Origin: an uncultured Sangeribacter sp. | GTDB taxonomy: Bacteria; Bacteroidota; Bacteroidia; Bacteroidales; Muribaculaceae | Direction: 5' to 3' | DNA length: 50,613 bases | Assembly (NCBI GenBank): GCA_964531005.1 | Contig: CAZHCM010000001.1 | Span: forward strand, 1-50,613 | In this document: one piece after another, positions 36,996-46,203 of the stretch | Position numbering within the stretch: position 1 is the stretch's first letter | Layout: every line of letters starts with the position of its first letter | Notes under the pieces: model-generated | Database searches by the model: none | The model's input: the letters and a program-made list of their open reading frames with translations, nothing else | Told to the model about the DNA's origin: nothing | Position numbers and translations under genes: made by a program

Positions 36996-37553
36996 TCAGA
37001 CGGCAAACTTGACGTCTACGAAGGGGCGGCGCCCCTGCTCTACGGTGGCGCTCACCACGCGGTGGCCGAAGAGGGTGCCGCGCTTGCGGATCAGGGCGCG
37101 GCGGGTGCCGGCCGCTGCGCCGTAGATGGCCACGGAGCCGATGCGTGTCTGGTCATACGCGGCGGTGTAGAGGGCGTAGGTCTCCAGGGGGGATTTGGGG
37201 AGGGTGTCGGCGCCGTCCCCGTCATAGACGCGGATCATGGCCTTGCAGGACGCCTGCTTGGGATACTCGATGCGGATGGTGGCCGTCTTGGGGGAGGCGG
37301 CGCACAAGGCGTGGTAGATGGAGCGGATCTCGCGCTCTATCGCCGGGAGTTTCTGGGTGAAGGGACGGTGGGTGCGCTCGATGACGGCGGTGCGCCCGAC
37401 GGCCTGTGCCTGTCGGCTGGACGCTGCCTCACGGCTGGCCGTGCGCTCTGCTATGGGTGCGGGGTGTGCTGCTGCGAAGGCGGACGCCTTGCGGGCCTTG
37501 GCTTCGATTGCCTTGAAGGAGAGGGAGGTGTTGAGTTTCAGATTGGTGTTCAT
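36996..37553 (-). CDS. Hypothetical basic protein
   Basis: 185 aa, AT-rich start context, own structured leader and promoter (37725-37732), terminator downstream. Confidence 0.7.
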   Translation of the reverse strand: MNTNLKLNTSLSFKAIEAKARKASAFAAAHPAPIAERTASREAASSRQAQAVGRTAVIERTHRPFTQKLPAIEREIRSIYHALCAASPKTATIRIEYPKQASCKAMIRVYDGDGADTLPKSPLETYALYTAAYDQTRIGSVAIYGAAAGTRRALIRKRGTLFGHRVVSATVEQGRRPFVDVKFAV

Positions 37554-37559
37554 ACTTTT

Positions 37560-37732
37560 AAGTGGTTTAGGGTTGTCATTGAATCTCGTTTAAGCCCCCG
37601 TTGCCGTATGGGTACAGCAATGGCTGGCTTAGTCAATTCAGGAGATTCAGATGGCCGGGGTCTTAGCCCGGGAAGTCTCCAAACCAAAAAGTATGTCGCG
37701 TGACCCTGTTCGGGAACCACGGCGCAAAGTTA
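37560..37732 (-). promoter_or_regulatory. Promoter plus structured leader
   Basis: TAACTTTG at 37725-32; nested pairs tggttt/aaacca, tgaatctc/gagattca, taagcc/ggctta, ttgc/gcaa. Confidence 0.5.
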
Positions 37733-37803
37733 GGCACTTTTCCTCAATCCACCAAATCTTTTCCTATAAAAATTTTATTCCTGCGCTTGAAGTCTATCAA
37801 TTA

Positions 37804-38133
37804 CTATTGGTCAAATTGTGTCGCCAGTGGCGACACAATTTGAGAATCAGGGAAAAGAGTGGCCAATTGCATCATGCGACGCAAATTTCTCTCCGAGAAT
37901 TCTTGGCCTCCATACTCCTGCTGTAATTGTGTCGACAGTGTCGACACAATCTGTTTGCCATACTCAGCTCGCTGGTTACCAAGTATTTCACGGTTTATGC
38001 GTTCGCCAATATGCCAGTACATCATGGTGATGCCGGCGTTGATGGCGACTGCGACCTGTTGCCGTGTCCGCTCGATCAGAGTGCGGATATCGGCAAGCAT
38101 ATTGTTGTCCGTGGATTTGCTGATCTGGTCCAT
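37804..38133 (-). pseudogene. Truncated DUF1016 (YhcG-like) N-terminal fragment
   Basis: YWHIGERI...RAEYGKQIV..LS..L..EYG..FSERNLRRM...IVSPLATQ, then stop before the usual LSWSH motif; no nuclease domain. Confidence 0.8.
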
Positions 38134-38250
38134 GACTGCAAAGTTAGTCAAAAAATCCGAGATGGCCACCTCGTCTATGCATGGGATTGCGTCGTGAGTT
38201 TACCAAATCTTTCGCCCGGAAATTTGAGAATTTTGGTTAACTTTGCAGGC

Positions 38251-39546
38251 ATGAAACGAACCGGAGCCTCACCCTGGGGATGGATTCCGACGCTGTATGT
38301 GGCGGAGGGTCTCCCCTATTTCGCCGTCAACACGCTGACGGTGCTGATGTATGTCAACATGGGACTGTCGAAGGCCGAGATGGCTTTCTATACTGGCTGG
38401 CTCTACCTGCCGTGGGTCATCAAACCCTTCTGGAGCCCCTTCATCGACATCTTCTCTACCAAGCGACGCTGGGTGACTGTCATGGAGCTGGCAATGGCCC
38501 TGGCAATGGCGGCGGTGGCCCTCACGCTCCCCACCGGCGGTTGGTTGCCGCTCACCCTGGGGGCCTTCTGGCTCATGGCCTTCTTCTCGGCCACCCACGA
38601 CATCGCGGCTGACGGCTTCTACATGCTGGCCCTCGACCAGAAGCAGCAGGCGGCCTTCGTCGGGGTGCGCAGCACCTTCTACCGTCTGGCGAGCGTGCTC
38701 GGCCAGGGGGGACTGGTAATCATGGCCGGGATGCTGGAGGAGCGCTGGGGAAGCGTGCCCAAGGCATGGGGGGTAACCTTCGGGGCTTTGTCGGCATTCT
38801 TCCTGGCCGTGACGCTCTATCACACGCGGGCGCTGCCTCGCGTCACCTCCGACAAACCCCTTCCAGGGGGAACGGCCAGCTCCATCGTGAGGGAGTTCGG
38901 GATGACTTTCGTCACTTTCTTCCGCAAGCCGGGGGTCTGGTGCGCCATCGCCTTCATGCTGCTATACCGCCTGCCGGAGGCGCTGTGCCTGAAGATGGTG
39001 CAGCCTTTCCTGGTCGACCCGCGCGCCACCGGGGGCCTGGGGTTGAGCACGGCGCAGGTCGGGGTGGTCAACGGCACGGTGGGGGTCATAGCCCTGCTGT
39101 GCGGGGGGATAGTCGGGGGCGTGGCGATAGCGCGGCGGGGACTGGCCAAGTGCCTCTGGCCGATGGCCGCGGCCCTCACCCTACCCTGCGCCTTCTACTG
39201 TCTGCTGGCCATGACGCAGCCTGCCGACCTGCTGAGCATCAGCGCGGCCGTGGCCATCGAACAGTTTGGCTACGGATTCGGTTTCACGGCCTTCATGATG
39301 TATCTGATGTACTTCTCGCAGGGGGAGGCTCAAACCTCGCACTATGCCTTCTGCACGGCCTTCATGGCCATCGGCATGATGGTGCCCGGGATGGCGGCCG
39401 GATGGGTCTACGAGGCCACTGACCGCATGGGGCTCTTCGGGGCGTCGGGCTATGTGGGGTTCTTCTGGCTGGTGATGCTCACCTGCCTTGCCACCTTCCT
39501 CTCCTGCCTGCTGATCCGTCCGCGCCTGGGCGCCTATCAGAAATGA
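38251..39546 (+). CDS. AmpG-like MFS permease (muropeptide-transporter family)
   Basis: Start MKRTGASPWGWIPTLYVAEGLPY; LPWVIKPFWSPFID, SATHDIAADGFY; 12-TM pattern; promoter TAACTTTG at 38238-45. Confidence 0.85.
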   Translation: MKRTGASPWGWIPTLYVAEGLPYFAVNTLTVLMYVNMGLSKAEMAFYTGWLYLPWVIKPFWSPFIDIFSTKRRWVTVMELAMALAMAAVALTLPTGGWLPLTLGAFWLMAFFSATHDIAADGFYMLALDQKQQAAFVGVRSTFYRLASVLGQGGLVIMAGMLEERWGSVPKAWGVTFGALSAFFLAVTLYHTRALPRVTSDKPLPGGTASSIVREFGMTFVTFFRKPGVWCAIAFMLLYRLPEALCLKMVQPFLVDPRATGGLGLSTAQVGVVNGTVGVIALLCGGIVGGVAIARRGLAKCLWPMAAALTLPCAFYCLLAMTQPADLLSISAAVAIEQFGYGFGFTAFMMYLMYFSQGEAQTSHYAFCTAFMAIGMMVPGMAAGWVYEATDRMGLFGASGYVGFFWLVMLTCLATFLSCLLIRPRLGAYQK

Positions 39547-39610
39547 CCCTGGCATAAGCAACCCGCCGCTAAGGATCACGGTAATCGGTGCCACCTGAGG
39601 CCCCGCCGGC

Positions 39611-39817
39611 TCACTGCTGGGCGAGGGCTTCGAGGCATTTCTTCACTTCCTCGTCGGTGGCGAAGAGCTTCTCCTTGCAGTATTTCAGGAGTTCGAGGGC
39701 TCGGGCGGTGTAGCCCGAGAGGCTGTCGATGTCGCAGTCGTCGGCCTGCATGCGGCGCACTATCTGTTCGAGTTCGGAGAGAGCCTCCTTATATGTCTGG
39801 GGGGTGTTGGTATCCAT
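39611..39817 (-). CDS. xseB: Exodeoxyribonuclease VII small subunit
   Basis: YKEALSELEQIV..M...CDIDSL...A.ELLKYCKEKL; next to xseA. Confidence 0.92.
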   Translation of the reverse strand: MDTNTPQTYKEALSELEQIVRRMQADDCDIDSLSGYTARALELLKYCKEKLFATDEEVKKCLEALAQQ

Positions 39818-39824
39818 ATGTAGC

Positions 39825-41162
39825 TTATTTTCTTAATTCTGAGAGTATGCGGCCCCCGGCCAGGGTGGTCTCCAGCACCGTGCCCGGCTCCAGCGCGGAG
39901 GGATCGGTGACGGCATGGCCGTCGACGCGGGTGATGGAGTATCCACGGCGCAGGGTGTTGAGGGGATCGAGCACGCCTACCAGTTCGGCTATCGAGTCGA
40001 GGCGTCGGGAGGCGTCGCGCAGTCGCGAAGAGGCGGCGTTGCGCAGGCTCTCGCCGAGCACGTCGAGCTGGGCTGAAGCCTTGGCGGTGCGTCCCAGGGC
40101 TATGGAGGGAAGGCGGGAGGCTACGTTCTGGAGCAGGCTGTGGGCGCGCGTGATCTGGCGCGAGGCCAAAGCCGGAATCATGGCCTCGGCCGATGCGAGT
40201 CGTTGGCGTTCCCCCGCCATGCGGTCGGCTACGTGGCGGCCTACGAAGGAGGCCATGTCGACAGCCCTGCCCCAGGCCCCGCGCATCGTGTCGAGCAGCC
40301 AGGCGGCCACGGCGGTGGGGGTCTTGCAGCGCACGCAGGCTATCTCGTCGAGGACGGTGCGGTCGCGCTCGTGGCCGATGCCTACGATCACGGGGAGGGG
40401 GCACAGGGCCACGCGGCGAGCCAATTCGTAGTCGTCAAAGCCGTTGAGGTCGGTCGTGGCTCCTCCGCCTCGGATGATGGCCACGCAGTCCCACATCTCA
40501 GGATGGCGCTCTATTCGGTCGAGGGCGGCGCGGACGCTGGCGGAGGTGCGGTCGCCCTGCATGATGCTCTCGAAGAGCACGGGGTAGAATTGGAAACCGT
40601 CGGTGTTGGCCTGGAGCTGGTTGACGAAATCGCCATATCCGGCGGCTCCGGCGGCGGAGATGACGGCCACGCGCTGTGGGGCGACGGGAGGGGTCAGGGA
40701 GCGGTTGCGGTCGATGATTCCTTCGCGGCTCAGGCGCTCCATGATCTCGCGGCGTTGGCGCTCGAGGTCGCCCATGGTGTAGGAGGGGTCGATGTCGCCG
40801 ATATTGAAACTGAACCCGTAGAGGGGGTGGTGGGTGGCGCTGCCGTAGAGCATGACCTTGATGCCTCCGGTGAGGTCGTGGCCTGTGGCGGCGGCAAACT
40901 TGCGGCGCACATGAGCCAGGGAACCGGCCCAGATGTTGGCGCGCATCTTGGCGAGCGTGGCTCCGGCGGCGTTCTTCTCAATGAGCTCCATGTAGCAATG
41001 GCCTCCGCGGAAGCGGAGGTCGCTGAGTTCGGCGGTGATCCAGACGAGCTGGAGCTCGCGGGCGCGGTTGACGGCGTTGCTGAGGGCACCGGCGAATTGC
41101 GACAGCGACATTGCCTGGGGCCCCAGGGGCACCCCTTGCGACGAAAACAGATCCTGGTTCAT
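39825..41162 (-). CDS. xseA: Exodeoxyribonuclease VII large subunit
   Basis: WITAELS...GHCYMEL, AAGYGDF, IIRGGG, GIGHERD, KTPTA, LRRGYSI; promoter TATCTTTG at 41189-96. Confidence 0.95.
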   Translation of the reverse strand: MNQDLFSSQGVPLGPQAMSLSQFAGALSNAVNRARELQLVWITAELSDLRFRGGHCYMELIEKNAAGATLAKMRANIWAGSLAHVRRKFAAATGHDLTGGIKVMLYGSATHHPLYGFSFNIGDIDPSYTMGDLERQRREIMERLSREGIIDRNRSLTPPVAPQRVAVISAAGAAGYGDFVNQLQANTDGFQFYPVLFESIMQGDRTSASVRAALDRIERHPEMWDCVAIIRGGGATTDLNGFDDYELARRVALCPLPVIVGIGHERDRTVLDEIACVRCKTPTAVAAWLLDTMRGAWGRAVDMASFVGRHVADRMAGERQRLASAEAMIPALASRQITRAHSLLQNVASRLPSIALGRTAKASAQLDVLGESLRNAASSRLRDASRRLDSIAELVGVLDPLNTLRRGYSITRVDGHAVTDPSALEPGTVLETTLAGGRILSELRK

Positions 41163-41229
41163 GGCAATCACAAAACGGTTTTCTAACGCAAAGATAAGCA
41201 AAAATCCCCAATCCGCCAAACGTCCCTGG

Positions 41230-42093
41230 CTACTTGTGGGTGATGGAGATGGGGCGGAGCACCACCTGGAGGGAGGGGTCGGCGGCGCGGCGGGTGTCGA
41301 GCCAGCGGCGGAAGGCGGTGGCGGTCAGTTCGCGCAGGCCGGTGTCGGTGGCGGCACGGCTGTCGATGGGTTTCGTGTACTCGTTGGGGGAGAAGATGAA
41401 GTAGAGGGTGTTGCGCTCCAAGGCCTTGTCGGTGCGCAGTTCGTACTGCTCGGCGTCCCCGGCGGTGGAGGAGAAGAGTAGATAGTCCTGACCTCCGTCG
41501 ACCTTCATGCTCCCTTCGCGCTGGTGATAGAATGGAAGCATGCGGTAGACCATCCCGTCGTCGCCCTGCAGGAAGATGGTCAGGTAGCCGTCCACGGCGG
41601 AGGAAAACCGCACCATGATGTGGTCGCCCTCGGCGAAGGTGTTGGCCTCTGTCTGGGGGTCGTTGCGGAGTATGCGCACCGCCACGTCAGCCTTGCCTGC
41701 GGAGATGGGGCGGGCCTTCCCTCGGACTGTGCAGGTGATGACGATGTCGTCGCCGTCGAGACGGATGCCGAAGGAGGGTTTGCCGAGGGTCTCGACCCAT
41801 TCGCTACGGACGGCGAGGGCTGCGGTCGACCAGTAGTCGAGCGATTCGCGGTCGTCGGAGACGTGGGTGTTCATCAGGGTATGTTGGGAGACGAGGGTGC
41901 CAAACTCGTCGGCCATTGCGCTGAGCATGGCTCGTTCGAGGGCTGTCTGCTCCCCTTTGTCGCGGGCCTCGTTGCGCGGGAGGTAGTATTCGTAGGTGCC
42001 CTCTACCTCGTGTAGCTTTTGTTTGGCGATGGAGGCCAGGGGGGCTGGGAGGAGGAGCAGAAAGGTAAGGGTGAGTTTTCGGATTCGGGTCAT
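41230..42093 (-). CDS. Exported DUF4384-domain protein
   Basis: Signal peptide; F.EGD.I.V.F.S..DGYL.IF...DG.VYRMLP pattern. Confidence 0.75.
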   Translation of the reverse strand: MTRIRKLTLTFLLLLPAPLASIAKQKLHEVEGTYEYYLPRNEARDKGEQTALERAMLSAMADEFGTLVSQHTLMNTHVSDDRESLDYWSTAALAVRSEWVETLGKPSFGIRLDGDDIVITCTVRGKARPISAGKADVAVRILRNDPQTEANTFAEGDHIMVRFSSAVDGYLTIFLQGDDGMVYRMLPFYHQREGSMKVDGGQDYLLFSSTAGDAEQYELRTDKALERNTLYFIFSPNEYTKPIDSRAATDTGLRELTATAFRRWLDTRRAADPSLQVVLRPISITHK

Positions 42094-42129
42094 GGGGGTG
42101 TAGGTGGGGCGATTCCTGGTAGGGTTTGA

Positions 42130-42828
42130 TTAGAAACGGTAGCCTATGCGTAGGCCTATGGTGCCCCAGTAAATGCTTTTGTGGCCCGAATGATGGAAAA
42201 TGCCTGGATAATAGGCGTTATAGTATCTACTAATGTTTACTTGGGCATCATAAGTGAGGCCTGCATATAGATGGTTGGTGATATTGAGACCAATGCCTAA
42301 GCTATATACTATGCCGCACTGGTAGTTCCAGTTTGCCTCCAAACATTTGGTCTCACCAGGACGCAAGGGGTTGTACATTTTGTCAATCCAGCGGTCTTCC
42401 CCTTCCACATACCCGAAATCATCTGGATCGCCAAACGGACAGAAGGAGATGCCGAGGTTGGCGTGGGCATAGAGGCTGCTGTTGCGGAAGAGTTCGGTGC
42501 TTGTGTAGCGGAAGCCTATGGGGAAGAACTTGGGGTTGAAGAAGGGGTTGAAGTGGGCGGGGCTTGCTTCGAGGCCTGCACGCCATTCGTAGGCCCAGTG
42601 GTTGGCAAACCGTAGGCGGTAGCCGGCGGATAGGTCGATGGCGCACCCCTTGGCCACGGTGTAGACAAACTGGTCGTCCATGGTGCGGCCTACGCTTGTG
42701 CGGGGGGTCTGCCCGGTGAAAAGGCCTACGCCGGCCTCGACAAACACACCGCTGCGGTTGGCGTTCTGGGCGACGGCGGCTGTAGCGCCGGTCAGTAGCA
42801 GCATAAGGGTTGTCAGCAGTTTTTTCAT
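42130..42828 (-). CDS. Outer-membrane beta-barrel protein A
   Basis: Signal ...AAVA|QNANRSG; alternating beta-strands; C-terminal GLRIGYRF. Confidence 0.8.
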   Translation of the reverse strand: MKKLLTTLMLLLTGATAAVAQNANRSGVFVEAGVGLFTGQTPRTSVGRTMDDQFVYTVAKGCAIDLSAGYRLRFANHWAYEWRAGLEASPAHFNPFFNPKFFPIGFRYTSTELFRNSSLYAHANLGISFCPFGDPDDFGYVEGEDRWIDKMYNPLRPGETKCLEANWNYQCGIVYSLGIGLNITNHLYAGLTYDAQVNISRYYNAYYPGIFHHSGHKSIYWGTIGLRIGYRF

Positions 42829-42934
42829 ATCGGGGATTTTCGAGGGTTGTTTCATGTGGGATGGGTGATGTTAAGTTGGGGTTGGCGGACGATTCCTGGT
42901 GGGGATTACCGGGCATTGCCGGAAGGGCGGTTCG

Positions 42935-43070
42935 TGGTAGGGGCGCGCCCTGCCGCGCCCACAACCGGAGGGTCAAAGCGAGGAGGAATCCGGTTTTTCC
43001 ATAACGGTAAATATTTGATTATCTATTAGTTGTCCTCCGGCTGTGGGCGCGGCAGGCCGCACCCCTACCA
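42935..43070. repeat. REP doublet (REPIN/MITE-like) with GTAG-type ends
   Basis: tggtaggggcgcgccctgccgcgcccacaaccggagg (42935-42971) is inverted at 43034-43070 with 3 mismatches in 37; each arm is internally palindromic; AT-rich spacer. Confidence 0.8.
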
Positions 43071-43085
43071 GGCTTCGCGCGGATG

Positions 43086-44030
43086 CTAATTACTTTCAGG
43101 ATACTCGTATAGCAACGATTTCAAGAGGGTGTTACCTTGCCTTGTCCAGCCAGCTGGTAGGACGTAATTTGCTACGTTTATCTGTGAGGCGAATTTTACA
43201 GTCACCCTGGGGCTAACATTTGATCTAAACATAAAATCCGTAGCTATCACCAAGTTGCCACTCTCATCATAGTAAATTTCTCGGGCCGATTCATCATCTC
43301 CTGCGTCACTGGACCTAAAATTGAACTCCACCCCAGGAAAGTCAACAGTCCTTTCGACGGTGGCGGATAGGGGTCCATAGCTCAATAGCATTGAAGTAAC
43401 CATACCATTGATGTTCTTTGGAATCGTCACTACAAATCTCACCTTACCACTGTCAACGTTTCTAATTACATTGGCCTCAAGGTGGTCTAATAAATCAACA
43501 CCATTAAAGAGCAGGTCGTAACACTGGTTGAGAGTGATGGTTGTGCTTGTATCATTGATGCGAATGCCGTCTTTATCTGTATACCCACCTCTCTCACTAC
43601 CTCCTACCACACTTATGTCATAGCATGGAAAATTTACTCTGATCGTTAGCACAGTGTCTCCTTCGTTTTCATAGTCAATGATTGAAACCAGTTCAGCATC
43701 TTGACTGTCGGTGGTCCATGATTTTTTCCTATCTCGATTTACAGTCATATATTTAGTTATGGAAGTGTCGAATAGAAAAGTTCCCTTTAAGTTCAACCTG
43801 TCCACTGCACTATCACGAGGGATAGTAACCTGGAGAATGACATAACTTGCGGTTGCTTCTACCACCTCTGCGTGACAACCTGTATTAACCTCATAGTCCC
43901 AGTAAGGACTTGACGATTCCTTCACAAAAATTCCAGTATAGTACGGTTCGTTGTCACAGGAGGCGGCAACGAGGATGCTTAGCATTGCTACCAAGCATAG
44001 ACAGAGTCTAGTGATATTCTTGCGTTTCAT
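43086..44030 (-). CDS. Hypothetical lipoprotein (AT-rich)
   Basis: Lipobox AASC; ATGA overlap with the upstream OMP gene. Confidence 0.75.
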   Translation of the reverse strand: MKRKNITRLCLCLVAMLSILVAASCDNEPYYTGIFVKESSSPYWDYEVNTGCHAEVVEATASYVILQVTIPRDSAVDRLNLKGTFLFDTSITKYMTVNRDRKKSWTTDSQDAELVSIIDYENEGDTVLTIRVNFPCYDISVVGGSERGGYTDKDGIRINDTSTTITLNQCYDLLFNGVDLLDHLEANVIRNVDSGKVRFVVTIPKNINGMVTSMLLSYGPLSATVERTVDFPGVEFNFRSSDAGDDESAREIYYDESGNLVIATDFMFRSNVSPRVTVKFASQINVANYVLPAGWTRQGNTLLKSLLYEYPESN

Positions 44031-44647
44031 ATTCTGTATCCGATATTAATTCCAAGTGTGCCCCAAAACGGTCTTCCACGATTTATACGGAAAATTTGGC
44101 CTAAGGTGCCTTGAGCATCAAACATTACACCGACATATAAATGGTTTGTGAAATTCCAGCCAACACCTATGTTTGCTGCCAATCCCATTTTAAGGTCATC
44201 AATTTTGATTTTATCAGTTTCCCCAACATTGGGAATAGTATAAACAAACCCATCCCCACAAATTAACACTCCCAGGTCGAGGTAGGCGTAGAGGCTTTGG
44301 TTGCGGAAGAGCTCGGGGCTGGTGTAGCGGAAGCCTACGGGGAAGACCTTGGGGCTCAGCAGGGGGGTGAAGTACTTGACTGGGGAGTCGAGGGTGGCGC
44401 GACATTCGTAGGCCCAGTGGTTGGCGATGCGGGCGCGGTAGCCGAAGTTGAAGTTGACCCCCAGGCCGTCGGCGAAGTGGAGCACCAGCTCGTGATCCAG
44501 GGTCTGTTCTATAGCCACACGTGGAGCCTTTCCGACATAGCCTCCCGCACCAACCTCGAAGTAGAAGCCGCTGCGGTTGGCATTCTGGGCCATGGCCGCC
44601 GATGCGACGGCGACCATGGTAAGGATGATTGCAAACAGTCTCTTCAT
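44027..44647 (-). CDS. Outer-membrane beta-barrel protein B, paralog of 42130-42828
   Basis: AQNANRSG, ANHWAYE, P.GFRYTS.ELFRN.SLYA, TNHLY.G, WGT.G..IGYR are shared with OMP A. Confidence 0.8.
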   Translation of the reverse strand: MKRLFAIILTMVAVASAAMAQNANRSGFYFEVGAGGYVGKAPRVAIEQTLDHELVLHFADGLGVNFNFGYRARIANHWAYECRATLDSPVKYFTPLLSPKVFPVGFRYTSPELFRNQSLYAYLDLGVLICGDGFVYTIPNVGETDKIKIDDLKMGLAANIGVGWNFTNHLYVGVMFDAQGTLGQIFRINRGRPFWGTLGINIGYRI

Positions 44648-44655
44648 GGCGGGGG

Positions 44656-46143
44656 TCAGTCGTTGAGTTTCCAGGTATCCCAGGTGTTGGCCACGCCGGA
44701 GGAGAAGGTGACGGTCGGGGTCTGCTCCTTGCGGTTGACGATCGAGGAGCTTCGGGCCACGTTCTCCACCAGGTAGTCGCGAAGCTCCAGGAGCGACGAC
44801 TCACCGCGTGTCTCCTTGAGGTGCTTGAGGAGATAATAGGTAAACATGCCGTGACCCTTCTCGTTGTACGGGAGGGCGGCCTGCTCGTTGGTGGTCGCGC
44901 TGAAGACGGCCACCGGGCCCGAAAGCTGCTGCTTCTTGGGTACGCGGGCTATGCCGCGCGCCTCGGCTATCATGGCGCCGTCACGCGTGGCGCCGGAGAA
45001 GCAGGCGTCCAGGAAGACCGTTGCCGAGCGAAGGTTCATCGAGGCGAGGTCGCCATAGAGGGAGTTGAGGGGTATGCACACGTCCTTGTTGACACGCGCC
45101 GCGTCCACAGGTATGAGGTAAGGCTCGAGGGTGGCGTCGTCGGGGGCGCCGTGGCCGGCGTAGTAGACGATGACACGCATCTTGTCGCCCACCACCTGGT
45201 TGATGAGGTGCAGGTCGCTCAACGCCTCGCGGATGGCGCCGTAGGTGGCATCGTTGTATTGCAGGATGTTCTGCTCGGGGATGCCCAACGTGCGATGGCA
45301 ATAGCGGGCGAAGGTGTCGCCGTCGTTGAGGGCGTAGGGCACGTTGGAGAGCTTGGCATAGTTCTCGTTGGCGATGATGACGGCGAAGGTGTTGGGGTTG
45401 GAGATCCCGGTGAAGGGGATGTCGGTGTCCACGTCGGCCGGGGCCGTGGGGCCTGCGAGGGCCGGGGCCGTGGCGTTGTCGTCACGGTTGCCAAACTTGG
45501 CGGCGATGGCCTCCTTCTTGTCCCAGTATTTCTTGACGGCCGCACGGTTGAAGCCGTATTGGTTGAAGGTCGTGGTAGTGACGTAGGGGGGCAGGTCGGA
45601 GAGGTCGGTCAGCGAGAGGCAGTCCTTGAAGGCGTCGCGGCCGAGGTCGTCGAGCGACTGGGTGAGTTTGGCGTAGGTGACGTGTTCGCAGTCGGCGAAG
45701 GCTTCCTGGCCGACGCTCTTCATGCTGACGGGGAGTTCTACCTGGATGAGGCCCTTGCAGCCATAGAAGGCGCGGGGCCCGATGGCCTGCACGCCGTAGG
45801 GGATGTGGATGTCGGTCAGCGTGCGGCTGTTCTCAAAAGCGGAGGGCCCTATCTCCACGAGCGATGAGGGGAGCTCCACCTCGATGAGGTTTTTGGTGCC
45901 TCGGCAGAAGTTGGCTCCCAAGGTGGTGACGCCTTCCTCCACTATGACGGAGCGGACAAGGTCTTCGCGGTAGGGAAGCGACTTGCCGAATGCCTTCATG
46001 GGGCCTGTGCCGGAAAAGCGCAGGACGCCGTCCTTGAGTTCCCATTTCACATTCTTGCCGGCGCTTCCGCTGGCGGCGAGGGCCTGGGCGCAGCAGGCCA
46101 ATATGAGCAAAAGCGGCAGGGCCAATCGTTTCAGTAAGGTCAT
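44656..46143 (-). CDS. Exported BspA-type LRR plus caspase (peptidase C14) fusion
   Basis: Start MTLLKRLAL, signal peptide; LRR_5 repeats (VELPSSLVEIGPSAFEN); DVDTDIP, AVIIANENY, YYAGHG, DACFSG, HGMFTYYLL, EQTP. Confidence 0.9.
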   Translation of the reverse strand: MTLLKRLALPLLLILACCAQALAASGSAGKNVKWELKDGVLRFSGTGPMKAFGKSLPYREDLVRSVIVEEGVTTLGANFCRGTKNLIEVELPSSLVEIGPSAFENSRTLTDIHIPYGVQAIGPRAFYGCKGLIQVELPVSMKSVGQEAFADCEHVTYAKLTQSLDDLGRDAFKDCLSLTDLSDLPPYVTTTTFNQYGFNRAAVKKYWDKKEAIAAKFGNRDDNATAPALAGPTAPADVDTDIPFTGISNPNTFAVIIANENYAKLSNVPYALNDGDTFARYCHRTLGIPEQNILQYNDATYGAIREALSDLHLINQVVGDKMRVIVYYAGHGAPDDATLEPYLIPVDAARVNKDVCIPLNSLYGDLASMNLRSATVFLDACFSGATRDGAMIAEARGIARVPKKQQLSGPVAVFSATTNEQAALPYNEKGHGMFTYYLLKHLKETRGESSLLELRDYLVENVARSSSIVNRKEQTPTVTFSSGVANTWDTWKLND

Positions 46144-46203
46144 GGTCGGTCTCGTCGGCCTGCTGACCCACTGTGCCGGCCTGGAAAGTATGGATGTGGC
46201 TAC

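Noticed and set aside
36807-38200. Cognate invertase beside the inverted repeats
   Set aside because: Neither adjacent ORF has tyrosine (R-H-x-x-R-Y) or serine recombinase motifs; any recombinase must act in trans.
42111-42900. Direct repeat gattcctggt flanking OMP A (42111-42120 and 42891-42900)
   Set aside because: Only 10 bp; it may be a duplication scar but is not enough to call a target-site duplication or mobile element.
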